Source: Neophaeotheca triangularis (Eukaryota). Taken from it: DNA of 64,000 nucleotides. Numbering within the stretch: position 1 is the stretch's first letter; every line of letters starts with the position of its first letter. The translations under genes and the position numbers were made by a program. Under the pieces are notes generated by a model. It saw only the letters and a program-made list of their open reading frames with translations. It was not told the origin of the DNA and searched no databases. This document shows, one piece after another, positions 49,762 through 61,751 of this stretch. The stretch lies in NCBI GenBank assembly GCA_054600435.1, contig BAAIJX010000011.1:1-64000 (forward strand). Reading direction: 5' to 3'.

Positions 49762-50599
49762 TTTGGGGGTGTTTTCTAGGGAATACGACACAGGAGATCA
49801 GGGGAGCTGAGAGAGTGTAGCGGCCGGCATGTGTAAGGGCAGGTGGGAAGTGGGTGAGAGTAGTTGGTCCACAGGACGAGGAAGATGATTGTGGTATTGT
49901 ACATGTATCTTGATTGGCCGATTATTGACCAAACTCCAGCTCCTTGACTAAGCGCTTGTACTCCCTGAAACACGATCGTTGAAGCCGCTTCTCTTAGCAA
50001 ACGACCGTCAAAGCAACTTCAAGGCTGCTTCTGGATGGTCCTAACTCTGAAAGCTGGCCACAGGACACAACCGACAATGTGAAACATCAGCTAGCCTCTC
50101 TCAAAGAGCTACTTTAAACCCTGCAGAAGCTAGGGTATACGACAAGCGCCCAGCAAACTTCCATCAAAGAAACTGACAAGCTTGATGAGAGGCCGTGCTG
50201 TAGGTACACAAACCCCTCTTCAGGGCTAAAGAACACTTCCCCTTCCCAAAGGCATCAGTGATCCGGTAGGAGCCAATCCCTTCCACTCTCTGCCCTTCTT
50301 TTTACTTCTTTATATTGATTGAAAATTTGAATCTTCATACTGCCCCCGACCTTCCGGGATGAAACCCGTGTCGCATTCGTTCCTCGCGTCTGTCCGTGGA
50401 TTGCATCTCTCGCAGAAATCCGCTTTCGAGAACACCCGGGCGTCTCGTGGTGCTGCCTCTTTCCCCGCAGAGGGCGTCTATCTGCAACGACGGCCCCTGG
50501 GATTCGTTGTCGACATCAAAGCAGTCTCAAGCCTGCTTTTTCGAAAACGCTGTCGCTCCAATGTGCCTGGGAGGAGGGCGAGAAGAAGACGCCGGACTC

Positions 50600-51540
50600 T
50601 GAGCTTCGAGGCAAGCCTAGCTGCGGACGACTTCTTACGCTCGACCGCTCCATGGATGAGCGTCTGTGTCAAAGGCTCCTGGGTCTCAATCGCTATACAC
50701 TCGTCGACCTCCCTGGAGTGACCGACGTGAACGTGTACCGAGAGCGCGCCGCACTAGGACACCTTGGCAACTGCGACTATCTGTTCGTACTTGCTCCGTC
50801 CGATTGACCGCATCCTCGACCACAGACTTCTGATGCTACCACGAAGTGCCAAGGGCTGCCAGGCCGGCCACCGAGCTGAATTCAGTCGACCAAGGGCGTT
50901 TCTCTCAGCTTGTGGAGCTCAAGGACCCGCAAGACTGCGACCGGCAAAAACACCACGAGGCGTGGGAGCAAGCACTTCTCCAGAAATGTCGTCCGTGTCT
51001 AGAGCGGGCCTATGGTAAGTTTACATTTACACCCGGAGTGAGGGTGCGCTTCGCTAACTTCGCGACAGCGCATCTTGTGAATCTCGTGAAGATGGAGCTA
51101 GCAGAATCGATCTCGGCGCAACAGAGCACGAACGCGACGCAAGAGCAGGCACCTACTTAGGACAAGGCTCCTTGCACTCCAAAGAACATGAGAGCTAACT
51201 CGGAGAAGAGGAAAAGGGAAACACCAGCGCCGACCTCGAACCCGCGGAAAGGTATGAAGGCGAAGACCGGAGGGGAGGGCATGACGGCCAGTGCGACATG
51301 CTACACACGCCTGAGGACGCCATTGTTAACAAAGGACCTCTCAAAAAGAGAAAGCATGAAGAACCATGGCCGCAGTCTAACGACCCTAGTCGCAATGATC
51401 CGTGTCCCCGAGGCAACTTCAACGACGGATTCAACACCATCAGCAATAACTTGAGCATGGCGTTCGCCTGGCCACGCTCCCCATCTGTCAGTCAGTCAGT
51501 GGCGCAGCATTATCTTCCGACCTTCCTTTGCTAACTTCGA
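50600..51540 (+). pseudogene. relic of a dynamin-like (SLIP-GC/NUGGC-type) GTPase gene
   Basis: TLVDLPGVTDVNVYRERAALGHLGNCDYLFVLAP/IDRILD G3 region with a 4-nt duplication frameshift; intact intron 51015-51068; in-frame TAG 51158-51160. Confidence 0.6.
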
Positions 51541-51967
51541 GGTCAAAGACGATCTCTTCATCTTCGACCGAAGAATTCTCGCACCGCCACAATACCACCA
51601 ACGACTACACCCAATGACTTGTAGAACCGAGAGAACTCGAGCATCCGCAAAGTCGCCCTCTCGAGAAACGCCGCGAGTCGCGCAGCTGTCCAACGCGAGC
51701 CTGGAAAGCTCTTGCTCAAGCGTTTGCAAGATTGTGAGCGGGTGCGTGCTGAGGCGGGGGAGGAGGGAATGGTATCGCGCCTTGGGAACATGCACGTTTG
51801 GTTTGGAAGAAAAGCCGAGGGGGTGGGGGAGAAAGTGTAATTAAGTATTCCGATCGAGAAGAAGCTTCAAAGAATTAATTAGATAAACAACAAACCCTCC
51901 GTTTCAAAAAGTCCCCTCATCCCATCACAAAACCACCGCCACCCCCTCAACCACCACCTCGGACACA

Positions 51968-54125
51968 TCACAACCCTCCACCCCCCTCGCCAAGCACTCC
52001 CTTTCCGGAAACTTCAACGTGCCCCTTAGCCCCACTGAACAAACTCTGCCAAATAAAAGCCTCGCTCAACAAGAGCTCGACATCCTTTTCCGTCCAGTCG
52101 CGCGTCGGCAGGGATTGCAAAAACATCATGATTTCCTGGAAATCCATCTTCAAAAGCTGTGGTGACCATTTCACTAAAAAGGCTGCGCAGACGTAGAGGT
52201 GGAATTGACGGAAGGGGGTTGGTGAGTCTTCGGCCTGGGAAAGGAAAGAGGAGTTGGGTGTTAGTGACGGGAAACATGGGAGAGTGGGCAAAGTTGCGGC
52301 TCGAGCTTACTAGGTAGGTGTCCCACATGCGGATGGTGTTGCGCACGCTGACTTCGCGCATGAGCAAGCAGTTCATCCAGCGGAAAGAAAATTGCATGAA
52401 CTCGACACCCTCGGCTTCCATGTGTTTGGACAGCCGGGCGTCGATGCGGGCCGTCAAGTCCCGGAGAGCGGCGACTTGACGCTGGATACCTGGTTGAGCG
52501 TGGACGTAATTGTCTTGGATGCCTTCAAGAAGGCGGGATAGACACCAGAAGCAATCAGCTTCAACGGCGTCGAGAACGGCTCTGGGCAGTTGACCGGGGT
52601 CCATGCCGGTTTCGATGTCCGGGGTGGTGATGTATTGGGCGAGGAAGACTTGGAAGAAAGGGGACACGAGGTCGTTGATGCCTTGGACGTAGCCGCTGGC
52701 GGGGTGGCGCAGGGCCCAGAGGTAGAGGATGCGTTCAAGGCTGCGCTGGGTCGCTTCATAGCTGTAGAGTTCTAGGTGGGGGTTTGTGCGCGGGACGTCG
52801 ATGGAGATCTGGTGCCAGATTGCTTCGTCGAGGTTGCGGTTGGAGGAGGTGGTCGGTTTGGCTGTTGAGGGGTTGGAGATGGGGTTGCTGTTGGTGGGCC
52901 GTTCGAAGGCTTGTCTCACCCCGTCGAGGTATTCTTTCCGCTTGCGCTCGAGAGTTGCCACGCGTCGGTCTGAGGAGGTGGGAAGGTAGTTTAGGAGGAT
53001 TTGCCAGGACATGGCGCGCACTTCGGATGGTAGGCCGGACCAGGCGGCTTCTCGAAGTTCGGGGAGGTTGATGGTGGAGGCTTGGAGGATCCTTTTGAAC
53101 TTGTTGATGCGAGTTATGCGAGCGGAATGCGCTTCGAGTTCTTTCACTGAAGCGCCGGGCGGTGGTGGTGGGTGGCTTATAAGGTGCAAGCTGTTGGCTG
53201 GGTCGCGGAGGATGTCTTTGTATTGTGGTCGCAGGATCTTTTCTTCGCTCTTTTTGGAACTCGGTGTTGATGGGTAGGTGGGGACGGTACGCTCTTCAGC
53301 CAAGTCGCCATTGTCTAAAGACCATGATGCCAGTGTCGAGGATGCCACATTGCCGTTTCCAAAGCGATTCGGGTTTTGACTTGACGGATCACTTCCTCTT
53401 ATCTTTGTCTTCGATAACCGCTTGCCTTTCCGACGCATACTCGCTATGCTTGGCAGTCCAAACTCGTCTTCGTCCTCATCCATGCCCATTGCATTGTTGT
53501 CGTATTCATCATAATCGTCAGTTTGCGAGGTCCACGTATTGGCAGTATCGGCGAGCGTGCTCGTGTTTGTTCGTCGTGGTGGACTGGCAAAGCTTGTTCG
53601 CGTAGGAGGAGGAGTGCTCTTGTACCGAGGGGCGCTAGGGGGAGTTCGAGGTCGTAAAGAATCGCTAGATATGTTGCTTGGGCGAGTGTTAGCTGGCTTT
53701 GCGCCACGATGCGCCTGCTAGGTTAGGTACGCACAGGTTGCCAAAGTTGAGCATGTCGGCATGGCTATAAGAAGCTCCTATCACTTTGCGTTCGGCCGGT
53801 GGAGTAGTGGGTTTGCTTTGGCTACTGGTCGAGGCATTGCGCCAGAAGGGAGAGGCGGATCTGTTGACGCTGTGAGTGCTGTCTTCGGGCCGCCAATCGC
53901 TTTCGACAAGATATACCCACTCGGATCGATCTAAGGAAGGGGGGGAAGAACCTCGTGTTAGCTTCCCAGCTACTGTAATCGTTTCAGATGCGCCGAAATG
54001 GTAGGGCACGAACCGACCTGGACCATCTCCTTGGTCGGTTTGTTAGCGTTTCGCTCGAGTCTTATCGCAGGTCAAGGCATACTTACTTGTTGAGATGGCG
54101 GAGACAGGGGCTTTCTGAAATTCAT
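51968..54125 (-). CDS. GYP1: TBC-domain Rab GTPase-activating protein Gyp1, ~6 exons including two microexons
   Basis: QISIDVPRTNP, HPASGYVQGINDL, EADCFW, QFSFRWMNCLLMRE, RMWDTYL and LLSEAFIWQSLF; the 5' exon model is less certain. Confidence 0.93.
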
Positions 54126-54653
54126 GATTGCGTTCGGGATGGAGCAGGTCGTAGGGGAATTATTGTAGAATTAATCGTGAATGCGTGTCGTCTGTCTGTC
54201 AGCTCATATGCCTCGTCCCATGTCTTCCTTGCCCAGTGTTGTCGTTGATGCACACTCCAGCGTCATTGGCCCTGCCATGCGACCTCGGGATCCGCCGTTG
54301 GTCTCGCCGGAGTATTCCCGACTGCCGTCTCGTCTAACCTTCCTATTGCGGAAGCTGGGCTAACAGCAAACATAACCTGCCTGTCCTCACCTCTACCTCT
54401 GACTACTCATCTAGTTTACCTACACACCCTCTCCCACCAAATCACCTCCTCCTACCTACTGATATCCTCAACACCCCACCCGCTTTTCACTTTCTCATCG
54501 GGTCTGCGGATCTGCTCTACAAGGTCTCTTGCGCACGGCTCAATACTAGCGCGCGCGAGGACTCGACTCCTCACTCGCGCATTTTCCATCTGACAACGAG
54601 GTCAACCAAGGCCGACAACCTCTTCTCCTCTCGAAACCCCTTCAAATAGCAAC

Positions 54654-57600
54654 ATGGCAGCCGATCCAGAGGTGGAGGAAGATCTCTTCGCTGATCTGTA
54701 CGACGATCCTGCGCCCCAGCTTACTACCAACACCGCCAAGCTAACTTTGTCTTCAAGCTACGACGGAGAGGCGGACGACCCACCAACCCACACAGAGCCC
54801 GCTGTCAAGTCCGAGCCTCAAGCACAAGTAGTGAAGACTGAGACTGCTCCTGAGCCCGAGACTGAAGACTACAACGATGACGATGTGGATATCACTGGCG
54901 GAGACGGCGGCGGCATGCAAGACGTGCAGGGCGCTGGTGCCGTCGGCGGAAACCAGAACGGCAACGTGGGTGGATTTCAGCAAGACGACAGTCACGATCG
55001 CCCAATCGGAATTAAGGAAGATGGGTGAGTTCTCGATTTTCTTTTCCACGTTTACTAATCACAGCTATCCGTGAGCGCGTTCAATGCGGAGATCGGTGAG
55101 CTCGTGCTTTTCACTGGATCTTCATATCCGAACGGTCACTTGCCAAGCGATTCAAAACTCGATAAAACCCGGGTTCAACTCTTTGGCTTCACATTGCATT
55201 CCAACAATGCTTTGGGTCTTTGGCATATAGACCGCGCATGGCTTCTGGATCTCCAAAAGGTACTGGACGAACCTTGCAATAGGTTGCGATAGGCCGGAAG
55301 CTGCCTTGATGCAGAGCGGACATCGACAGCCTTCCCTACCAATATCAGTGCTAGGGTCGGTGAAGGAATAGTTATGAACTTGGCTATAAATGTAACATGA
55401 GGGCAAGGTTTGGCGCAAACGATCCTGGTCGCTGGCTTGGCTGGCTGGCTGCGAAGAGCGGAAGCCCTTGCAACTTCTTGTGCTCGAGCATGTACTCAAG
55501 CGTGCTTTCGGCGAACGGCGCTCCGCAAATCTACAAGGATCATCATTTCGGCTCGACGTTCCTTTTCTGGAGGCTGTAAACCAATCTCTACGCATCGTTG
55601 GCTAGACTTGGGTGGGAGCATCGGAAATGCTACTGTTGGAGGGGGCAGTTTCGACATTTGATGATTGGAAGGGGGCCGAGAGCAGCCACAGAACTTGCAA
55701 AGTTGAAGCTGCGGCACCGAGGAGGGTACGTGATGGGCATTGGCGGAGCACCTGAGCTACTGGCCGACTACTATTCTACCACCGAAGCAGAGCAGAGCAG
55801 AGCGCAGCATAGCCTTATGTCGATAATGGCGTATTAGCAAGACCGACGCGATATAGACGATGCGAGAAGAGGCAGGCTTGAGCCGGAACGTGCGGCGCAT
55901 CAAGGAGGCTGCCTGATGTGTGTCCGCCACGTGAAGGCCAAGCAGATGAATAGCTTGCAGGCAGCTCTGTATCGTGGAACAAAGAGACCTAGAGACGCTA
56001 TCACGCTATCCGCTGTGCTTCAAGCGACCACCCACGCCCCATCATGCCGTCAATCGGCGAGGTTCTCTGCTGTCCAAAACCTAGGCGGGTGAGCACGTGC
56101 CAAGCGCCGTTTGCTTTCGACGCCATGTCCACCTCAAACGACAACCACTTGCCCAGACATGCATACTGTGCCTTATCTGCAGTAGTATGCTTTCAGAAAT
56201 CTGCACATCTACAAGGCAGGTTCCGGCAAATGTACGCTACGAGCCGATCACATCAGACGTCGACCCCGGAGCAGCACCTTGGAAATATCAGCACACCCTT
56301 CTATAATTTAAAATGGATTCGCGGCCACCCAGACCACCCCTTGCAGGCCAGCTCGCCACCATCGATACCGGAGAATATGCGCGCTCACGGATACTGACGT
56401 TTCAATCAAACAAAACCCACAAACCGCAATAGCTAACGTTCTACCACCAGAAAAATGTTCATCGGCGGCCTAAACTGGGAAACCACAGACCGTAAGCCAC
56501 CACCCCACCTCCCCTCTCTCAATCACCTCAACTAACAACCCCATTCCCCCAGAATCTCTCAAAGACTACTTCTCCCAATTCGGCGAAGTGCTCGAATGCA
56601 CAGTAATGCGCGACGGCGCGACCGGCCGCAGCCGCGGTTTCGGCTTCCTTACCTTCAAAAACCCAAAAGACGTCAACACCGTCATGGTGAAGGAGCACAC
56701 TCTCGACGGGAAAATCATCGATCCCAAACGCGCCATCCCTCGCGAAGAGCAAGAACGCACGGCCAAGATTTTCGTCGGCGGTGTCAGCCAGGATACCACG
56801 GATGCGGATTTCGAGCAGTTTTTCCAGCAATTTGGACGCGTTTTGGACGCCACGCTCATGATGGATAAGGATACGAACCGCCCTAGGGGTTTTGGGTTCG
56901 TGACTTTTGATTCCGAGGCTGCGGTTGATCGGACGTTGGAGAATCCTTTGTATTTGCATAATAAGTTTATTGAGGTGAAGAGGGCGCAGCCGAGGGGAAA
57001 CATCGATGACGAAAATGCTGGGGGCGGCGGAAGGGGGGGTAGGTTTGGGGGCAGAGGTGGTAGGGGCGGTGGGCATGGTGGGCAGCATGGAGGGGGAGGC
57101 GGCGGTGGTGGCGGTTTCGGTAACCCCAATGATGTTCCCATGGGCCAGCAGGGCGGACAGAACGGCATGTCTCCCGCTATGATGGCGCAGTACTGGGGCC
57201 GCATGCAGCAGTATTTCCAGATGATGCAGCAGCAGATGGCCATGGGCCAGGCTGGCGGCATGGGAGGTGGCGGCATGATGGGCGGCATGGGTCGCGGCGG
57301 CGGCATGAACCCGCAGATGATGCAGCAGATGCAGGCGCAAATGGGTGGCGGTGGCGGTGGCGGCGGTGGTAACGGTCAAGCTGGTGGCATGGGTGGCGGT
57401 AGTCCCGGCCCAGGTCAGCAGCGCCCCGGTTTCAACCCACAAGAGCAGATGATGTTCGAGCAGCAAAAGTACACGCGCCAGGATCTAGCGGCGCGCAACA
57501 TGTCTCCCGGTGCCCAGCAACAGCAAGCACAACAGCAAGGCGGCGGAGGCAATTTCGCCGCCGGCCAAGGTGCATGGGACGGCATGTACGATGACGTTCC

Positions 57601-57844
57601 CCCACCGGCAGGCATGGCACCACAAGGAGGCGGCGGCGGTTTCGGCGGCGGAAGGGGTGGATTCGGCGGCCGAGGACGGGGTCGCGGAGGCGGTGGCGGC
57701 GGGGGTTTCCCCGCTGGCCAGGCTCCGGCGAATGCGCCTACTGGGCCGAAGAATGCTAATAAGGCTCCTGGAGGTGGTGGAGGGTATCGAGGTGGTGGAC
57801 GCGGTGGGCATAGGGGATGGGTGCCATATGGGCGTGGTGGTTGA
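54654..57844 (+). CDS. HRP1: Hrp1/Nab4-like tandem-RRM hnRNP with RGG/Gly-Gln tail, 4 exons
   Basis: Spliced GIKEDG|KMFIGGLNWETTD|QSLKDYFSQFG, RSRGFGFLTF, KIIDPKRAIPR, KIFVGG and RPRGFGFVTF; introns 54698-54757, 55025-56450 and 56492-56552. Confidence 0.92.
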
Positions 57845-58655
57845 GGGGTCTGCTGGCCTCGTAACTCAGATCTACTCACGATGGCTTTCTTCCCCTTCTC
57901 TTTTTGTGCTCGGTTGCTCGGTTGAGGCAGATGTGCACATGGCGTTCTGGGGCGCGAGGAAAGAGCAATGGGCGTGGGAAAGGACTGCTTGCTGCCGCTG
58001 CTGCCACGACAACGCGTGGGATAGGTTTTCCCTTTCGAGGAAGCGGGCAGCAGACCAGGCACAATATGGACTTGATGACGATAGGTGACAAACACCATGC
58101 CGTTGTGTTCTGCAGTAGCTAGACGTTCAGCCTAGCTAAAAGCGAAGAATCCCATACCGTCACAATCTTGCCTTGCTCTTCCGACGCTCTCTTTCACGGT
58201 TAATGAGAGATGAGCTGCCCAAGGCCTTACATATGCTTAACCAGTCTTGGCATTGCTTGAGTCCGCGACAAAAGGCGATGTTTCACGTGATAGGGCAGGC
58301 ACGTCGTGATTTTTGGGTTCGCAGGGCTAACGGCCGGCTGGCATGGTACATTGAGCGGTACGGCGGACATGGTGTGGAAACGGAGGTTTCGTTTCTGCCG
58401 CGAGCAGCAGCACCGTCACCGCAAGAGCATAAAACATGAGCTTATCTAGCAGTGATGCTGCCCATTCGCTCGCCATCTCAGTGGCAGTCTAGAGAGCAAA
58501 ATGGCCATAGAACACCACCCGAAGCCGTGGAAAACTCCTTAGCAAACTCTCATTGTCCCGATCCCTATGCAAGAACGCTCAAAGAAACCCTCCTTCTTCG
58601 TTCGTGCATTTCATAACCATGCCTCGGCCCTTGCCACGGTGGCGCTCAGAACCTC

Positions 58656-61232
58656 CTACACCAACTCCCCCTCGCCCTCCTCATCCTCCTCACCCCAAAC
58701 CTCACTCCCCTCCTCGTCCATACCCGCGAGCGCCTCTTCAGCCCTCCGCTGCACTTCTGCCAATCCCGAAACTTTCTCCACAAACCCCTTCTCGCCCACG
58801 GCCTTCTTGACAAATTCCCACCCGTCTTGCTCGTAAGCGGCTAAAACTCCTTCGGAACACGCGGCGCAGCAGTCGTAAGCCCTGCCACGAACTTGCAGAG
58901 TCTGCCAGGTGGAGAGGTAGCCGCGGAGTTGGTGGGGCACGGTGCCGAGAGGGTGGGAGTCGGGTTCGGAAGGGTTGGTGGGAGGGGCGGGAGCGATGGC
59001 GGTGGAAGCCGGAGGTGTCGGGGCGGGAGCACGGGCTTTGAGCGGGTGCTGGGTCAGTGAGACGAGGAGCTCGACTGCGAGAGCCGAGGCCAGGGGTGCG
59101 ATTCCCGGCCGCGTGACTGTGCATTGCTGGTCGAGGGTTGCGGAGCGCAGGCTGTCGCCTGGCGCGACGACGTCGTTGCAGAAGTAGCAACCGAGGTCTT
59201 CGTAGGAATTTTGGTCCCGGTTGGAAGTGAATTCTTGAGGGGAGGAAGGGGCTTCTACCGGATCGCTGGCGGCTGCGGCTAGGGGATCAGGTTCGGAGGC
59301 TGGGTGGGTGGTGACTGTGCCTTCGGCAGACCTGGCTTTGATGGGTTTTGTGGTCGAACTGGGTTGCGAAGCGCGAAGGCCGTGGCGCATGACGACGTAG
59401 GTGTCGAAGCCGAGGGCGGCGTTGATGGCGATTTTGCCGGCGGCTTTGGCCATGAGGGTTGGTAGCCAGCGAGATTCGCGCGTGTCCATGAGGAGGAAGA
59501 TGGCGTCGTGGGTGTTGATGAGTGCTTTGAGTTTGTTGAAGTCGGCCTCGGCGCGCTTCTCGTCGGTAATCTGGTGCCCTGCTTGAGGGACTGAGAGGGT
59601 GTGACCTTCGGCTTTGATGCCGGGGTATATTTCTTCGAGAGCTTCGGCTGCGCGTTCTGCTTTGTTCACACCACCATCCATGCAATCTTTGAAATCGTAG
59701 AGGGGCTGCCTGACAGGGTTGGAGTAGCTGACTTTTCCGTTGTCTACGAAAGTGATCTTGCGCACACCCCAGCCCATCAGTCCTCTGGCGACGTACGTGC
59801 CTAACGTGCCGGCCCCTAGAAGAAGGCACTTGGTGTGTTTGATGGTTTCCAGATCGATCGACGGCGATATCCGCCACTTGATGAGCTTCAAGTTGAGGTC
59901 CACGGCTTGATCAGCCAGACGCTTAGGGTCGAGGTAGGCTGCTAGATCAACGGTTCTTGAGATGAGCTTTCCGTTCTCGTTCCGCTCCCAACCAGTAATT
60001 TTCGGTAGAGGAGGTATTTTTGACTGTCGAGGCTCCGACTGCTTACGCTCTGACTGTGGTTGAGAAGGTGTGGGTTGGTGCGGTATCAGGTCGCCGCTTG
60101 CGTCCACATCGCCAGATCGCAATGCGCTAGAGCCACTCATGATCGGTAGGTCTTTGCTCTCTTTCACTGTCTTGTCGCCAAAAACAGGCTCGGCTGACTG
60201 CAAGTTCATGACCAAGCTGGTGGGATGCTCTCTCCGCGCATGCGTGTCTCGGTAGCACAAGACCTGCACATTGTCGAGCTTCCACCGTTGTCTAACCAAC
60301 ACCAAGAGATTTCTCAACATCCATCCAGGGTTTTGCGCATATGTGCTCGGATCGGCGAACCCCAAGTAACGATCTCCCTCTTCGATGTCGTCGAAGAAGC
60401 CACTTTCGTAGCTAGCCAGACTGCCCACCACCCACATGAAGCCCAGATCACTGACACTCGGAGTTCTCGGTCTCATCTTATGCTCGTGCATGTTCCCATC
60501 GTCCACATCGTCATCCTCGTGTATGTTGTGCGTGCTCATGAACTCCTGCCGTATGCGCTTCGCAAGGAAGAATCCGTGTTGGCGGGTGTCGACGCTGTAG
60601 CGCCATGTTTGTACCTTGTCGACGAGTGCGGTGGTTTCCTTGGGCTTCAGCTGCTTGACACTTTTGCTTGCATCACCATCAGGAGCTACTAAGCGCCATA
60701 CTGGATCCGAGTGCAATGCCGGGAAAGCAAAGTGGTAGTTGAACTTGTACTTCTTCAGATCGGCAAAGCAGATGGCTGCAAAGGAGGCCAAAAGTGAGGG
60801 GCATGAGTAGATTGTTCCATCGTTGATCGCGTCCCAGATGGTACGGCCAGCTTGCTCGATGAAGGCTGCCTTGTCAACGCTCTTGAATTCCTCGGCTGTG
60901 TTGAAGTTGCGGATGATGCCCTCGGCGCGGTAATATCCGCCAGGACTCCTAGAAGCCAGAGATATGTATTTAGCGCGACGAGAATGAAGGGGCAGTCGGA
61001 CATACTCATCTGTCGTCAGCGCGGTACCGTGAATCTCCATGCGCGCGGAGCGCTCGGGGGCATCCTTGTGGTTGATTTGGTAGAGACCGAGGCATTTGCG
61101 CGCGCTTGAGTCGAGCTTGTCGTGATTGATCTTGAGGGATGCGAGGGTCGAGTAGAAGGCCAGTTCGACGTCGCTGGTCCATGGCGCGTAGAGGAGTGGT
61201 GCCGTGGAGGCCGGTGCGGCATTCGAAGCCAT
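58656..61232 (-). CDS. ATG7: autophagy E1-like enzyme Atg7
   Basis: [66 protein letters not shown] and [12 protein letters not shown]; 57-nt intron 60949-61005. Confidence 0.97.
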   Translation of the reverse strand: MASNAAPASTAPLLYAPWTSDVELAFYSTLASLKINHDKLDSSARKCLGLYQINHKDAPERSARMEIHGTALTTDEYVRLPLHSRRAKYISLASRSPGGYYRAEGIIRNFNTAEEFKSVDKAAFIEQAGRTIWDAINDGTIYSCPSLLASFAAICFADLKKYKFNYHFAFPALHSDPVWRLVAPDGDASKSVKQLKPKETTALVDKVQTWRYSVDTRQHGFFLAKRIRQEFMSTHNIHEDDDVDDGNMHEHKMRPRTPSVSDLGFMWVVGSLASYESGFFDDIEEGDRYLGFADPSTYAQNPGWMLRNLLVLVRQRWKLDNVQVLCYRDTHARREHPTSLVMNLQSAEPVFGDKTVKESKDLPIMSGSSALRSGDVDASGDLIPHQPTPSQPQSERKQSEPRQSKIPPLPKITGWERNENGKLISRTVDLAAYLDPKRLADQAVDLNLKLIKWRISPSIDLETIKHTKCLLLGAGTLGTYVARGLMGWGVRKITFVDNGKVSYSNPVRQPLYDFKDCMDGGVNKAERAAEALEEIYPGIKAEGHTLSVPQAGHQITDEKRAEADFNKLKALINTHDAIFLLMDTRESRWLPTLMAKAAGKIAINAALGFDTYVVMRHGLRASQPSSTTKPIKARSAEGTVTTHPASEPDPLAAAASDPVEAPSSPQEFTSNRDQNSYEDLGCYFCNDVVAPGDSLRSATLDQQCTVTRPGIAPLASALAVELLVSLTQHPLKARAPAPTPPASTAIAPAPPTNPSEPDSHPLGTVPHQLRGYLSTWQTLQVRGRAYDCCAACSEGVLAAYEQDGWEFVKKAVGEKGFVEKVSGLAEVQRRAEEALAGMDEEGSEVWGEEDEEGEGELV

Positions 61233-61751
61233 GATCGGTCGCGGGGATGGCCTGTGTGAGAGCGCGTGTGGGTGTTAGGGAAAGAGAGGGAGAGAGAGGG
61301 AGGGAGTGAGTGAGTGAGTGAGATGTGGGCGGTCAAGTATACTAGGTAATCATGGTGAGTGTGACAGGTGAGGACATGTGATTTGGAGAGGTCTCAGGTG
61401 AAGTAACATAAAGTAAGGTACCTTACCTTCTAGCTGCTCTAACGTCCTCGATACTGGAGTGAGCGAGTGGGGTGCATGATGTCGTCGATGCGATGCGCTT
61501 GGGGCTCGGCTGGCTTGCCCCTCGACGCGACTCAATCGCGTCTTCCTTGGATGTTTCAATCAATCCACGTGCAAAAATTCATATAGCCATATGAGTACCA
61601 ATGTTAAATACAGAAAACGCTTCTCAGCACGCCTGAGTGATTCGTGAGGTCAAGTACAGTTTTTACCCTCAAGGCGTCTCACATACACACACAACCCCTG
61701 AGCTGGCAAGCCCGGTGGTTCTGCTCTTGTCACAGCCATACCTAATCTAAG

